The notes under the pieces: generated by a model
What the model was told of the DNA's origin: nothing
Databases searched by the model: none
Seen by the model: the letters and a program-made list of their open reading frames with translations, nothing else
Part shown: positions 14,300-29,020 of the stretch, piece after piece
Position numbering within the stretch: position 1 is the stretch's first letter
How the letters are laid out: each line of letters starts with the position of its first letter
Assembly: GCA_964016885.1 (NCBI GenBank)
Contig: OZ024758.1
Location: 16,182,001-16,246,000, forward strand
Source of the DNA: Eledone cirrhosa
Lineage: Eukaryota
Direction of reading: 5' to 3'
Length of the DNA: 64,000 nt
Made by a program: the position numbers and the translations under genes

Positions 14300-14480
14300 T
14301 GGTGCGGTGCGTTCTTTCTCCAGTCAACTCAGTCGAAAACGAGTACCCCCAGTTACAACTGGAATTTACCCTGTAATGGACTAGCTTCCTGTCTTGTACT
14401 CTTTGCTGTTTAACGCCAGTAGAACCGGTATAGGTTCCAACCCGATGAGCCCTTCAAGCTTGGGAAAACCCTTAACTGGT
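14300..14480 (+). mobile_element. SINE family C 3' fragment
   Basis: ccagtcaactcag...gagtacc...ccctgtaatggactag...aacgccagtagaaccgg, related to the element at 36665-36918. Confidence 0.5.
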
Positions 14481-15909
14481 TGTTGAGTTGGTAGAAACAG
14501 TAAGGCACCAGATTAAATGTTTTAAGCTATCTAGTCACATATTTCTACAGTTTGTGTTCATATGACACTGAGGTTTATATATTTTTTCCTTTCATCACTT
14601 CGTGGTTGATAAATGAAGTACCTGGAATATATTATAGTATGAATTGACTTTATATTCTTTGCATACATATTTTGTACTTCTGCGACAATCTGAGAGATTG
14701 GATGTTAATCCATATAATGCACTGTAGTGCAGGAGTAAGTATCTCGGCTATTGAAAGACATAGCACTTTTTCTGCAACACTAATGTCATAACAAAGGCCT
14801 GAATGCAACTACAGCAATCTTGTTCCTTTCCACGCGTAAACCTCGGGTTTTGTGTCTAATGATAATATAAGGAAACACACATACAAACACACACACGTTC
14901 ACACTCTATAGAAACCTGACAGTATTACACGGTACATTTTCTTTGAAGCACCGTGGTAAAAGAAAGCTTTAAACTAATCTCATTGTAGGCCAAGGATACT
15001 CACAATCTGACTTCGATTCCTGGTCGTAGATATACCACATCACTTACATTGCTAATAACTAACTAATGTCCTTAAGAAAAGAGGATAAAAGTTCACAAAA
15101 CCTCATCTACGAATCAATACAAATCTGAGGCCACATGCTGATGAAATCAAAAACGAACAATAATTTACCATACATATAAAACTAATAAACATTCCTTTAT
15201 GATTTTTTTTTTCATTTAAGATTTTCTATATTTATTCCTTTCTCTTGTTAAAGTTATTATTCATTCCGCCAAAGAATCCTCGCCAAGAAGAATTAAATGA
15301 TAAACCAATATGATAAGATTCTCCGTTCATATTTTCATATAATTAGTCGAATTTCCATTCCAAAACTATTGATTAAACGATTTATGGACTTATCTTCGAA
15401 TACAAATCTTCGAATACATTTCTTCGAAATCAGATGCTTCGAAGTGCATTCACTTCGAAAGTATTTTACTCAGAAAATCAAAAGATCGAAAAGTTGGTTT
15501 TATACTCTTTCTTCGAATACAAGATTGGGCAATAATCTGTATAAAGAGAGAAATATAGGAAATGAGTAATTTTCTATATAGATAATGAACAAAACCACAA
15601 GGATATGGTTCGAACGTGGAAGGGCCGAACTCCCACTGTCATCGCTTCCATCTCTCTCGCTCTCTCCATCTCTCCGTATGGTGAGCAAATGGGATCCCAC
15701 GTGCTGGCCTCCTCACAGCCTCGGTGGACAGAATGGAGAAGGCGTTTCCCCGGAAGATGGTAAGGGAGATGCGCTAGAAGAGGCATTCCATCTCGCATAA
15801 AAGGAGTGTAATCAAAACCAGTGTCATCAAGAACATTTATTAAAACAATTAAAAAAATCTAAAACAATTGTCATGATAAATTTTATTGAAAACCAAAATC
15901 CGAAATTAA

Positions 15910-16092
15910 TTGTTTCTACTTTAGGCACAAGGCCAGCAATTACCCAGTGCATTACTGGTACTTTATTTTATCGACCCCGTAAGGATGAAAGGCAAAGTCA
16001 ACCTCGGCGGGATTTGAACTCAGATCGTAAAGGGACGTAACTATGCTGGAAAGCATGGCGTCCGACCCTCCACCGATACTACCAATCCACCT
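15910..16092 (-). mobile_element. SINE family A
   Basis: Near-consensus reverse complement. Confidence 0.85.
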
Positions 16093-16440
16093 ATCCGAAA
16101 TTAATGATTCGAAGTAATTAGCCTGTCGAGGTTGTTATTAAAATGATCTTCAAAAACTGCCAAGAGAAAGAAAGAAATTCAAACTTCCTTGATTTCTGAT
16201 ATAAGTCCTAAAACTTGATGTCGAAGATATCTTACTTCGAAGTTTTTGTTTTCGAAGAATGGTACGTAAAACGGATTAAACACATTCTTCGCTTTCAAAG
16301 CTATTTCTTGTTGATACATTCCCTCAGCACTTGAATAAACTTTCGTCCAATAACACTGTTCATTGTTTCAGACATACTCGTTGTTGTTGTTGTTGTTATT
16401 ATTGTTGTTGTTGGTGTTGTTGTGGTTATTACTATTATTA

Positions 16441-16615
16441 CAGGTAAAATTCCGTTATAACGAATACCATTATAACGAATTTTTTAGTAAATCGAAATGT
16501 TTTTTCAATCTCCGGCCACACGCTCGATGTGTTAGGTCGATCACGTTATAGAGAATTTTTCGTTACAACGAATTTTTTTATACCCCAAGAATTTCGTTAT
16601 AACGGAATTTCACTG
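16441..16615. mobile_element. Tigger/pogo-type MITE
   Basis: TA|caggtaaaattccgttataacgaa ... ttcgttataacggaatttcactg|TA, with multiple subterminal cgttataacgaa motifs. Confidence 0.75.
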
Positions 16616-16895
16616 TATTACTATTATTACATGTAAAATTCCGTTATAACGAATTTTTTAGTGTAACGAAATGTTTTATCAACCCCCGGCCACACGCTTA
16701 TTAAACCAACGATAAAAGAATCTCGTTATAAAGAAATTCATAACAATGAATATTTCAGTGCAACGGACGAAAATTGAAACCTAAGCAGTCAAAATTCCTC
16801 GCTACAAAAAAAAAAAATAAAAAATTCGACACACTCCTCACAGAATTGTCATCCAACCAAAACTTGAACCCCAAATCCTGCTGCTTCAAATTTTT

Positions 16896-16988
16896 CACGT
16901 GATGTTTCTACTAACACACGTGATGTTTCTACTAACACACGTGATATTTCTACTAACACACGTGATATTTCTACTAACACACACGTGA
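16896..16988. repeat. 21-bp minisatellite x4
   Basis: cacgtgatgtttctactaaca units. Confidence 0.9.
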
Positions 16989-17383
16989 TTATTCGAATAT
17001 CGATGTTCAAACATAATAGACTCGTCTCTATCCCTTTCTTGTTCTTAGAAGCCCCAGTGAAGCTCTTCAACTGTAATTAGGACTAATTAAGTACAATATT
17101 TTTACGGTAACATTTCAATATTTTATATCTAATGTTCTCACATGCTTATCACTGATTTTTTAAACTAAAAAAACATTTTTGCTATAAGTCAGTAAAGACA
17201 TACATTCAGTATAGCGTATCTATTAAAAAAAAAAATGATTTGTTCTTACTAATTGAAATTTAGATACTTCTGCACACACAAAGAACAAAGTAAACTGTAC
17301 TGTTTTGTTTTTGTTTTGCGAAATTTCTATTTTAGACCCCAAAGTAAAGGATACGTATTTGTTACTGTGGTTTTATATAAATT

Positions 17384-17620
17384 ATGGAAAACAAAGCGAA
17401 AAAAAGGCGAAAGCTTTTGTTTCTCGAAAAGGTGGAAATTCTGAAAGCTGTTGATTCTGGGAAAAGAAAGAAAGACATCGCATTATAGTTTAATTCCATC
17501 GACATTGTCCACCAATTTTAAGAATCAGTCTAAAGTTCCAGAAGAATCTAAAGAGGCAAATTTTTGTCTACAACAAAAAACGTTTAAGGGCTGCGATATT
17601 GGAAGATATTTGAAATATAT
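17384..17620 (+). pseudogene. Tigger/pogo transposase N-terminal CENP-B-type HTH remnant
   Basis: MENKAKKRRKLLFLEKVEILKAVDSGKRKKDIA, then frameshift to YSLIPSTLSTNFKNQSKV. Confidence 0.75.
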
Positions 17621-18501
17621 ATTTATATTCTATTAGATGGTACATCATATTGCAGGTATGTTTTCATTCATTTATTGTTTAATTTTTAAATACGAAGTAA
17701 CGAACAAATGCTCGATTTGTTTTCGTCGACCTCGTTATAAAGAATTTTTTGTTACAACCAATTTTTTTTTTATATCCCGCGAATTTCGTTATAAAGCAAT
17801 TTAATTATATTTCTCTTGCTGTTGCTAAAATCTTACGTAGCGAACGCCGATACGGCTAATTGACGGGATTTCAACGTAAAGGGCTATGACTATACTGCAA
17901 AGCATGGTGTCTGAGGCTCTACCGATACTGACAATCCGCTGTGATTGTTGTTCGACCATTTCCATTTATCCATTTAATTTCGATTGAATTTTCTCATTAT
18001 AGACTTAGCGTAATTATTGGCCGAGACGCATATTTTATTTAAATGGAATTTACGATGATAGCAGATACAGAGTTAGATGGCTGCCTCTATATTGTGCCTC
18101 AATCTGAAATTATAATAAAAAAAAAAATCTTTCAATAAAAGAAAGTTTTCCACTAGAAGAAAAAGAACCTAAATGTTTCACCATTGTCCTGAATAATTTT
18201 GGCGAAGTGACAGTTTTAATTTAAAAAACAAGATGGAAAATGAGATGTTCTTGATAATTACGAGGGAAAGTTCAGCTTTTGCATTTATGAACATTATTAC
18301 AATAGGGAAAAACGAGATGAGGAACGACTCAGAAACATTTAGCTTATGAAAAATGTAATAAAAACTACAAAAGGTTATTTTCATGTCAATAGAGGGTCGC
18401 ATATTTAGGCGTAATATAAAATAAACGAAAAACAAATATGTAATTCCTATGGGATTTGCCACTAAAATTCCTGAATATAAAATATCATGATATGCGGGGG
18501 A

Positions 18502-19112
18502 CTCTTATTGAAGTAGTATATATTAGATTTATGGGGGGAATTGACTGTCGTTAGAACGTCAGATAGAATACTTTATGGTATTCGTTCCGGTCTCTTATTG
18601 AAGTAGTATATATTAGATTTATGGGGGGAATTGACTGTCTTTAGAACGTCAGATAGAATACTTTATGGTATTCGTTCCGGTCTCTTATTGAAGTATATAT
18701 TAGATTTATGGGGGGAATTGACTGTCTTTAGAACGTCAGATAGAATACTTTATGGTATTCGTTCCGGTCTCTTATTGAAGTATATATTAGATTTATGGGG
18801 GGAATTGACTGTCCTTAGAACGTCAGATAGAATACTTTATGGTATTCGTTCCGGTCTCTTATTGAAGAAGTATATATTAGATTTAGGGGGGGAATTGACT
18901 GTCTTTAGAACGTCAGATAGAATACTTTATGGTATTCGTTCCGGTCTCTTATTGAAGTAGTATATATTAGATTTATGGGGGGAATTGACTGTCGTTAGAA
19001 CGTCAGATAGAATACTTTATGGTATTCGTTCCGGTCTCTTATTGAAGAAGTATATATTAGATTTAGGTGGGGAATTGACTGTCGTTAGAACGTCAGATAG
19101 AATACTTTATGG
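18502..19112 (+). repeat. ~89-bp minisatellite x7 containing the SINE family B head
   Basis: Unit tcttattgaagtagtatatattagatttatggggggaattgactgtcgttagaacgtcagatagaatactttatggtattcgttccggtc. Confidence 0.9.
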
Positions 19113-19890
19113 TAGGCATGTCAAACATGCGGCCCTTTACAAGCAAACATGCGGCCCGCACAAAGGTTTTTACAGCGCGAGCATGTTTATCTTGGTAATA
19201 TAAAATAATAAAAAAAATATTAGTTGTAATGTGCGCAATTAGTTGTCGTGTGTGGCCCTCAGACAACACATATGTGACCCATGTGGCCCTCAGACAACAC
19301 ACATGTGACCCATGTGGCCCTCAGACAACACACATGTGACCCATGTGGCCCTCAGACAACACAGATGTGACCCATGTGGCCCTCAGACAACACAGATGTG
19401 ACCCATGTGGCCCTCAGACAACACATATGTGATCCATGTGTCCCTCGAGGGACCCTCAGTTTGACATGCCTGCTTTATGGTATTTGTTCCGGCTCTCTGC
19501 TATCCAAGTTCAAATCTGGCCGAGGTCAACTTTGCCTTTCATTCTTTTGAGGTAGATAAAAAAAAAAAAAGCACCAGTCTAGAAGTGGGGGTCGATTCTT
19601 CCTTTGTCTGGAAGATATCTGCTGTACTCGGGTACAGTTCACGTGTAGGACAACCAGATTGCCTTCCGGGTCCAAGTAGATTGTTTGTTTGTACTTTGAG
19701 GTCCAGGTTTTTTCCGAAACAAAACAACGCCCCTCCATCCATCCTCCTTTCTGACAAAGAGATGCATAGATCTCAAAGTCGTCGAACATGGAGGTGAGTT
19801 GCTGCTTGTTGTGACCAGGCTTAAAAATGCCCAAGAAACGCCGTATGTCAATTCGACGCCTCCTACGACTTAATCAGGAGTTACGGTACA
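19068..19890 (+). mobile_element. SINE family B interrupted by a hAT MITE
   Basis: The SINE resumes at 19473 with tatttgttccggctctctgc...aagttcaaatc and ends ...aggagttacggtacatac. Confidence 0.7.
19113..19472. mobile_element. hAT (Charlie-like) MITE with 8-bp TSD
   Basis: TIR taggcatgtcaaac / gtttgacatgcctg; TSD CTTTATGG at 19105-19112 and 19473-19480; internal 31-bp tandem gtggccctcagacaacacacatgtgacccat x6. Confidence 0.9.
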
Positions 19891-20204
19891 TACCCTACCA
19901 TACCACATCATACCAAATTAGATTTAGAAATTGAAGAGATAAAGAATTAAACTACAATCTCTTACAGTCCCCTTTAAAAGGTTTTGAATGCATTACCAGG
20001 TTTGTTCGCTCTAAGCTTATTTATATACATATTATAGTTAATTGAAATATTCATGTGTGTATTGTAAGTGACGTTTCTGAAATTACTTGATGAGGTTAAA
20101 TGTTGGCATCTGCAGAAGCATAATAGTTTTCTCGTGAAACTTTCAGATATATGGCTTTACATCTGGATTGGATATTAAACAATGACTAGCATATAAATAT
20201 ATAT

Positions 20205-20236
<32 letters not shown>

Positions 20237-20443
20237 TACGCACGCTGTCTCTCTCTCTCTCTGTCTCTCTCTCTCTCTGTCTCTCTCTCTCTCTGTCTCT
20301 CTCTCTCTCTGTCTCTCTCTCACTCTGTCTCTCTCTCACTCTGTCTCTCTCTCACTCTGTCTCTCTCTCACTCTGTCTCTCTCTCTCCCACTCTCTGTCT
20401 CTCTCTCGGTCTCTCTCGGTCTCTCTCTCGGTCTCTCTCTCGG

Positions 20444-20477
<34 letters not shown>

Positions 20478-21103
20478 CACACACGCACGCTCGCTCGCTC
20501 GATCACTCGCACGCTCTCTCTCTATATATATACACGCACGCTCGCTCGATCGCTCGCACGCTCTCTCTCTCTATATATGCACGCACGCTCGTTCGCACAC
20601 GCTCTCTCTATATATATATACACGCACGCTCGCTCGCTCATTCTCTCTCTCTCTATACATATACACGCACGCGCTCTCTCTAAATATATATAATGTATAT
20701 TTCTATTATTATAATGGATTTTATCATTTTCATACGAATCAACTTCTTCCACCTTTTCTTTTCTCCGGTATTAAAATTTACTTTCTGAAAACCAGCCAGC
20801 AAATTACATAAAATATTTCTTCGTAAGTACTACCGCAGTGTAGACTTGTATCTTATTTACATATATGTTCTTGCAATACACGAAACACCATTTGTTAACA
20901 TTTACTGAAGAGTAATTCAATTTTTGTTACTGGTCTTCACAAAGTAGTAAATTTAAACTTTGAAAACAACGGCCATAAAGTAAAAACCGAGACATAAATA
21001 TACATTGAGGCGGGCGTTATTTCAGACATGTAACAGTTCCATCTTCGTAGAATCTTCAGTACAAAATGGCGCTGTAAATTTTCTCTCAATTGTATTATTA
21101 TTA

Positions 21104-21726
21104 TCTATATATATAAAACTGAGGATGTCTGTCTGTCTGTGAGTTTAAATCCCTAAAACTCGAAGTACCCAACCGATTTCTTTCAAACTTTACATGTGTA
21201 TTATGTTTCAGGGAGTGTTATGTACATAAAAAATTCAACTTTTTGATCTCCTAGGGCCCGCATTAGGTGAAAAACTGCGGTTTTTAAGGTTTTTAGGTTT
21301 TTTTTGAGGCATTACGTCAGATGATTTCCTTGAAATTGTAACTATGTATTAGTCAGTCTCTTCTTCACACCGTGAGCAAATCCAACTTTTTTATGGCCTA
21401 GGGCCCGCATTAAGTGAAAAACTTCATTTTTTTCAGCTTTTTAGGGTTTTTTGGAGGCGTTACGTCTAGCCGATTTTCCCGAAATTTCAAGGCATATTAT
21501 GCACATAAATAAATTCATTTTCTTGATCCCCTAGGGCCCGCATTAGGTGAAAACCTGCATTTTTCCTGCTTCATCGAGGAACATTTTAAAGATTATCCAG
21601 CCATCAGAGTATTCGGTTTATTTTCTTTACATATTTTCCAGACATGCAGTTTTTCCACGATTAGGTCTGTTGGCGGCCCGCCTTCCAAAATACCATATCC
21701 CGTGCAACGCCGGGCACCACTACTAG
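21104..21726 (+). mobile_element. Non-autonomous Helitron
   Basis: 5' A|TCtatatatataaaa; 3' hairpin cccgtgcaacgccggg followed by CTAG; three internal repeats with ctagggcccgcatta. Confidence 0.8.
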
Positions 21727-21739
21727 CTTTTTTATATTA

Positions 21740-21928
21740 GGGCGGTGAATTGGCAGTATCGGTAGAGGGTTGGACGCCATGCTTTCTAGCATAGTCACGT
21801 CCCTTTACGGTCTGAGTTCAAATCCCGTCGAGGTTAACTTTGTCTTTCATCGTTACGGGGTCGATAAAAGAAAGTACCAGTAATACACTGTGGTAATTGC
21901 TGGCCTTATGCCAAAAAGTAGAAACAAT
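21740..21928 (+). mobile_element. SINE family A
   Basis: Full head-to-tail match to the family consensus. Confidence 0.85.
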
Positions 21929-22281
21929 TATTTTTTTAATATTCTTCTTTTTATATTATTATAGAACACATGGAATAGTTTTGTCTGTGTCTGACTACAT
22001 TCAATTAAGAAACATCGATTTGGAAATGGGGGGAAAAAATCTATATATTGCTGAGGTTGAAGTGTGACCGAAATTTCTAGTATGAAAGTATCACAAATTA
22101 ATTTTCCTTTGGGTTGACCTTCTTAATGAACTACAGTTCACGAGGCTATTTATGAGCAAGAATGTTTCAATGCGGTAAATTGTCACAGGCAATTACTAAT
22201 TACATATACAGCTCCAAATGAACTGATTAATATATCCCTTTGTACGCTGCTATTTAATATGGTATAACATATGCACATTCA

Positions 22282-22327
<46 letters not shown>

Positions 22328-22507
22328 TAGACACATACATACACGTAGATACACATACACACACATACACACACATACACACACATACACACACATACAC
22401 ACACATACACACACATACACACACACGCACACATACGCACACATACACACACATACACACACATACACACACATACACACACATACATTACCACATACAC
22501 ATATATA

Positions 22508-22538
<31 letters not shown>

Positions 22539-22927
22539 GTAAATGTGGTGATATTCCTATATATTAAATTATGTATCTGTGTGTGTATCTGTGTGTATCT
22601 GTGTATATATGTGTGTGTAATGTATAACGCAAATTATCGCAAATTTATTGATAGGAGCGGAAGAAATCCGTCTTATGGAAAATGGCTCCACCATTTTGGA
22701 ATCTGGATATGAATTATTAAAGAAATCAGTTCGCTATTTACACTATAATCTATTCTCCGGTCGAATATAGAAAACGGTTTCAGTGAGACCTCATAAAGGT
22801 TATTCGTTGCTAAATGACAATCTAATATAAGTAATGTAAACGTGTTTAGAGAGCCAAACTGGCAGAGATGCTAATGAGCAGTCCTTACTTAAAGAGCTGT
22901 AATCACTTGAAGTAAATGAATAACATA

Positions 22928-23033
22928 CAGGGTCCCCCCCCCCAAAAAAAAAATGTATATACACTTTGATTACCTGTACAGGCAATATTTATTAGAATGT
23001 TGAAGTGTGTATACATTTTTTGTTGACACCCTG
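22928..23033. mobile_element. Tc1/mariner-type mini-MITE
   Basis: TA|cagggt....aaaaaatgtatatacactt / aagtgtgtatacatttttt....accctg|TA. Confidence 0.7.
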
Positions 23034-23199
23034 TATAATTATAAAGAATAATGTATTATTACTATTTAGTCAGATTAGGAAGAGCTGTGTAAATGAGCAT
23101 TTCCAAGATGTCAGAGGTTGGTGGGAGAGAGAGAGTTGTAGAAGATATTTCCTAACTAGCGACCAAACCTGAATTACAAAGAATCTTGTATTATTTGGG

Positions 23200-24134
23200 T
23201 TGGCAGTATCGGTAGAGCGTCAGACATCCTTTGCAGCATAGAGTTACGGCCCTTTACGGTCTGAGTTCAAATCCCGCCGAGGTTAACTTTACCTGTCATC
23301 CTTACGAGGTCGATAAAAATGAAATACCAGTAATGCACTGAGGTAATTGCTGGCTTTGTGCCAAAAGCAGAAACAATTATTTGGGTTGGCAGTATCGGTA
23401 GAGCGTTAGACATCCTTTGCAGCATAGAGTTACGGCCCTTTATGGCCTAAGTTCAAATCCCACCGAGGTTAACTTTGCCTTTCATCCTTAATGGATCGAT
23501 AATATAAAGTTCCAGTAATGCTCTGAGGTAATTGCTGGCCTTGTGCCTAAAGTAGAAACAATTATTTGGGTTGGCAGGTGGATTGGCAGTATCGGTAGAG
23601 GGTCGGACGCCATGCTTTCAAGCATAGTTACGTCCCTTTACGATCTGAGTTCAAATCCCGCCGAGGTTAACTTTGTCTTTCATTCTAGCGAGGTCGATAA
23701 AATAAAGAACCAGTAATGCACTGGGGTATTTGCTGGCCTTGTGCCTAAAGTAGAAACAAGTATTGGTAGAGCGTCAAACACCATGCTTTGCAGCATAGTT
23801 ACGGCCATTTACGATCTGAGTTCAAATCCCGCCGAGGTTAACTTTGTCTTTCATTCTAGCGAGGTCGATAACATAAAGAACCAGTAATGCACTGGGGTAT
23901 TTGCTGGCCTTGTGCCAAAAGTAGAAACACATTATTATTGTTACTGCAAATAATTGTTTCTACTTTAGGCACAAGGCCAGCAATTACCCAGTGCATTACT
24001 GGTACTTTATTATTTTATCGACCCCGTAAGGATTAAAGGCAAAGTCAACCTCGGCGGGATTTGAACTCGGATCGTAAAGGGACGTAACTATGCTGGAAAG
24101 CATGGCGTCCGACCTTCTACCGATACTGCCAATC
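23200..24134. mobile_element. SINE family A array: four head-to-tail (+) copies, then one (-) copy tail-to-tail
   Basis: Units start at ~23200, ~23385, ~23575 and ~23763; the inverted copy spans 23953-24134. Confidence 0.85.
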
Positions 24135-24789
24135 ATGTTTATACAGTTTTTATCATAACTAAATAAATAAAAATAAAATAAAGAGTAACTTTCTATTTTG
24201 ACACCGAAAAAAAAAAACAATTTCTGGTTGTACTCACATTAATGTAGAAATCCAACCTATAAATGCCTCTCAGGTCTTTATTAGTTTGGTCAAAATACAT
24301 AACTAAGCAGTAGGATATTTGTAAGTCCCAACAGGGTTGACATATTAGGGAGTCCACCTACATGTACTCAATGACACAACTTCTCTCTCTTGCTCTCTCT
24401 TGCTCTCTTTCTCTCTCTTGCTCTGTCTCTCTCTCTTGCTGTCTCTCTCTCTTGCTCTCTCTCTCTTGCTCTCTTTCTCTCTTGCTGTCTCTCTCTCTTG
24501 CTGTCTCTCTCTCTTTCTGTCTCTCTCTCTTTCTGTCTCTCTCTCTTGCTGTCTCTCTCTCTTGCTCTCTCTCTCTCGCTCGCTCGCTCGCTCGCTCTCT
24601 CTATTCTCTCTCTACACGCATACACACACATAGAGAGAGACACACAACCACTCCGAGACACACTCTACACTATCCGACACGTACCTAATATACCAACTTA
24701 ATAATGGGTTTATCCAGAACAACTTGGAAGATAGCCATGAATATTTTATTGTATAAAGCAAAGCTTTTAAATCATAAAACTGTCTGCAA

Positions 24790-26098
24790 CACACGTTAAC
24801 ACACTCACACATGTTAACACACACACACATGTTAACACACACACACATGTTAACACACACACACATGTTAACACACACACACACGTTAACACACTCACAC
24901 ACGTTAACACACACACACATGTTAACACACACACACACGTTAACACTCACACACGTTAACACACTCACACACGTTAACACACTCACACACGTTAACACAC
25001 TCACACACTCACACACGTTAACACACTCACACACGTTAACGCACGCACACACGTTAACACACTCACACATGTTAACACACTCACACACGTTAACGCACTC
25101 ACACACGTTAACACACTCACACACGTTAACGCACTCACACACGTTAACGCACTCACACACGTTAACGCACTCACACACGTTAACGCACTCACACACGTTA
25201 ACGCACTCACACATGTTAACGCACTCACACACGTTAACGCACTCACACATGTTAACACACTCACACACGTTAACGCACTCACACACGTTAACACACACAC
25301 ACATGTTAACACACTCACACACGTTAACACTCACACACGTTAACACACACTCACACGTTAACACACTCACACACGTTAACACACTCACACACGTTAACAC
25401 ACTCACACACGTTAACACTCACATACGTTAACACTCACACACGTTAACACTCGCATACGTTAACACTCACACACGTTAACACTCGCACACCTTAACACAC
25501 ACACACGTTAACACACACACATGTTAACACACACACATGTTAACACACTCACACACGTTAACACACACACACGTTAACACACACACACGTTAACACACTC
25601 ACACGTTAACACACTCACGTACGTTAACACACTCACATGTTAACGCACTCACACACGTTAACACACTCACATGTTAACGCACTCACACATGTTAACGCAC
25701 TCACACACGTTAACGCACTCACACACGTTAACGCACTCACACACGTTAACGCACCCACACACGTTAACGCACTCACACACGTTAACGCACTCACACACGT
25801 TAACGCACTCACACACGTTAACGCACTCACACACGTTAACTCACTCACACACGTTAACGCACTCACACACGTTAATGCACTCACACACGTTAACACACTC
25901 GCATGTTAACACACTCACACATGTTAACGCACTCACACATGTTAACGCACTCACACATGTTAACGCACTCACACATGTTAACGCACTCACACATGTTAAC
26001 GCACTCACACACGTTAACGCACTCACACACGTTAACGCACTCACACACGTTAACGCACTCACACACGTTAACACACTCACACGTTAACACACTCACAC
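24790..26098. repeat. ~18-bp minisatellite (acacgttaacgcactcac) on a CA backbone
   Basis: GTTAAC recurs with ~16-18 bp period over 1.3 kb. Confidence 0.95.
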
Positions 26099-26139
26099 TC
26101 TCTGACAGACAGACAGACGGATGCAATTAAATACACACA

Positions 26140-26876
26140 TATATATATAACATGCATGCACACATTAATATGATACATACATACATTAGTATATATGTAT
26201 AATGTATATATATTTTATATACATACATGCATACATTAATATATATGTATATATTTTATAATATATATTTTATATACATACATTAATATATCTATATCTA
26301 TATATATAATATATATATTTTATATACATACATGCAAACATTAATATATATACATAAGTATATATATTTTTAATATATATTTTTTTATATATATACATAA
26401 GTATATATATTTTTAATATATATTTTTTTATATATATACATAAGTATATATATTTTTAATATATTTTATATACATACATGCAAACATTAATATATATACA
26501 TGTATATATATATTTATAATATATATTTTATATATAAACATGCATACATTAATATATACATGTATATATATATATATATTTATAATATATATTTTATATA
26601 TATACATGCATACATTATGTATATATATATATATTTATAATATATATTTTATATATATACATGCATACATTATATATATATTTATAATATATATTTATAA
26701 TATATATTTTATATATATACATGCATACGATAATATATATATATATATTTATAATATATATTTTATATATATACATGCATACATTAATATATATATATAT
26801 ATATATATATTTATAATATATATTTTATATATATACATGCATACATTAATATATTTTATATATATACATGCATACA

Positions 26877-26912
<36 letters not shown>

Positions 26913-27480
26913 ATATATATACATGCAGACATTAATATATACATGTATATATATATTAATATATATTTTATATATATATACATGTATATATATATTTATA
27001 ATATATATTAATATATATTTTATATATATATACATGTATATATATATTTATAATATATATTAATATATATTTTATATATATATACATGTATATATATATT
27101 TATAATATATATTAATATATATTTTATATATATATACATGTATATATATATTTATAATATATATTTTATATATATTTTGTATATATATATTTATAATATA
27201 TATTTTATATATATTTTATATATATATATTTATAATATATATTTTATATATATATATTTATAATATATATTTTATATATATACATGCATACCTTTATATA
27301 TATATATATTTTATATATGCATACATACATACATTAATATATAGGCAGACGGGATATTCAATTTATTGGTAATTCAAGATATAAATGTTTACATTAATAT
27401 ATATATATTTATAATACATATATTTTGTATATATACATACATTAATATATATATATAGATATATATATATAAATAAATTT
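26140..27480. repeat. AT-rich low-complexity / degenerate minisatellite
   Basis: Recurring tatatatatttataatatatattttatatatatacatgcatacattaa-like units. Confidence 0.85.
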
Positions 27481-28055
27481 TGTTTCATGTTTAATAATGC
27501 ATTTATTTAATTATTTAGTTCTTTTTAACACACGAAACAAATCCTCTTAAAGCTGAAAATATGTCTTTATATACAGTCATTAAAACATTACATTGTGTTG
27601 TGAGACGGAGCAAAATATGTATAATGTAGTATAGTAATAGTAGTGGTGGTAGTAGTAGTACTAGTAATAGTAATAGTAATGACAGTCGTAGTAGTGGTAG
27701 TGAAGATAATAGTGGTGGTGGTAGTAGTAATATTAATAATTCACAAGATTAATATCCGAGGAATTAACACAACTCCCATTTATAAGAGAAGAAACACAAG
27801 AAACACACAAGAAACACGTTAACACAAACAAACAAACAACCAACTGCCAAACCTCAATAACAAAGCTAGACTGATGTAGTACATTTACTGTACCCTAGTA
27901 AACTAAGGATATATAATGCCACCTACACCACTGAAAAAGACGCAACTGCACTAGATAAAGCATCAGAAAACGCATAAAATCTTCGTAAAAAACTAATGAT
28001 GATAATAATTTCTTTATTAACCATAAAGGGTTTGTGGTTAATAAAGAGATCATAT

Positions 28056-28685
28056 TGGCAGTATGGGTGAAGGGTCGGACGCCATGCTTTCCAGCATAGT
28101 TACGTCCTTTTACAGTCTGAGTTCAAATCTCGTCGAGGTTAAAACTTTGCCTTTCATTCTTACGGGGTCGATAAAATAAAGTACCAGTAATGCACTGGAT
28201 AATTGCTGGCCTTGTGTCAAAAGTATAAACATTTATGATCATTATTTCATTAGTAAGGCACTGGGTAATTGCTGGCCTTGTGCCTAAAGTAGAAACAATT
28301 ATTTCATTAATAATGGTTTCTCATTTAGGCACGAGGCCAACAGTTTTTGGGGAGCGGCTAGTCGATCAAATGGTGCCAGTGCATTACTGGTACTTTATTC
28401 TATCGATCCTTTAAAGATCAAAGGCAAAGCTAACATCGGCGGGATTTGAACTCAGGAGGTAAAAAAACAGTAAATATATCCCACGAAACATGTTGTCCGA
28501 CGCTCTACCGATTCTGCTAACCCACCGCTCTTAATGGTTTCTGATTTAGGCACAAGGCCAACAATTTTGGGGAAAGGGAAAGTCGATTAAATCGACCCCA
28601 GTGCATTACTGGTGCCTTATTTTATTGACTCCGTAAGGATGGAAGGCAAAGCTAACCTCAGCAGGATTTGAACTCAGAACGTAAA
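28056..28685. mobile_element. SINE family A cluster (+ 28056-28232; - 28315-28530 and 28536-28685)
   Basis: Family consensus motifs. Confidence 0.75.
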
Positions 28686-28965
28686 AAAACCACTGCCCAA
28701 TAATAATAAATCAAAATTAAATTAACATAAACAAACAAAATATGACAAAAAGAAAAATAGAAATATTTTAGAATAAATAGAACATTATATATATATATAT
28801 ATATATATATAATGTTGAGTATATGTTGGTTGTTTACCGACACCTCAGTATGCAGATTGGAGCACTCGACGAAGTACGCAGGTTGGTTTGTTTACTCCGG
28901 AGTAATGTAAAATAATTAAGTCAATTATGTAAAATTTGGCTTTGTTTATTATAAGTTATAGATGT

Positions 28966-29020
28966 ACTGCTATATATATTTCGGCGACAGCCATCATTGG
29001 CTGTGACCTCTTCAGGCAGT
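28966..29020 (-). ncRNA. Minimal type I hammerhead ribozyme, intact core
   Basis: Minus strand reads actgc-CTGAAGA-ggtcacagccaatgatggctgtcgcc-GAAA-tatata-TA-gcagt. Confidence 0.85.

Larger units (their letters stand above)
16630..17808 (+). mobile_element. Internally deleted Tigger/pogo DNA transposon
   Basis: Same TIR family as 16441-16615 at both ends; contains a transposase N-terminal remnant. Confidence 0.7.

Noticed and set aside
18502-19112. CRISPR-like regular repeats (also 30630-31460, 34315-34662, 38607-40127)
   Set aside because: Units are contiguous with no unique spacers, there are no cas genes, and the context is eukaryotic.
21000-21075. YY1-like aaaatggcg and GC patch as a possible promoter
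   Set aside because: Single short motif with no supporting exon or CpG-rich region.
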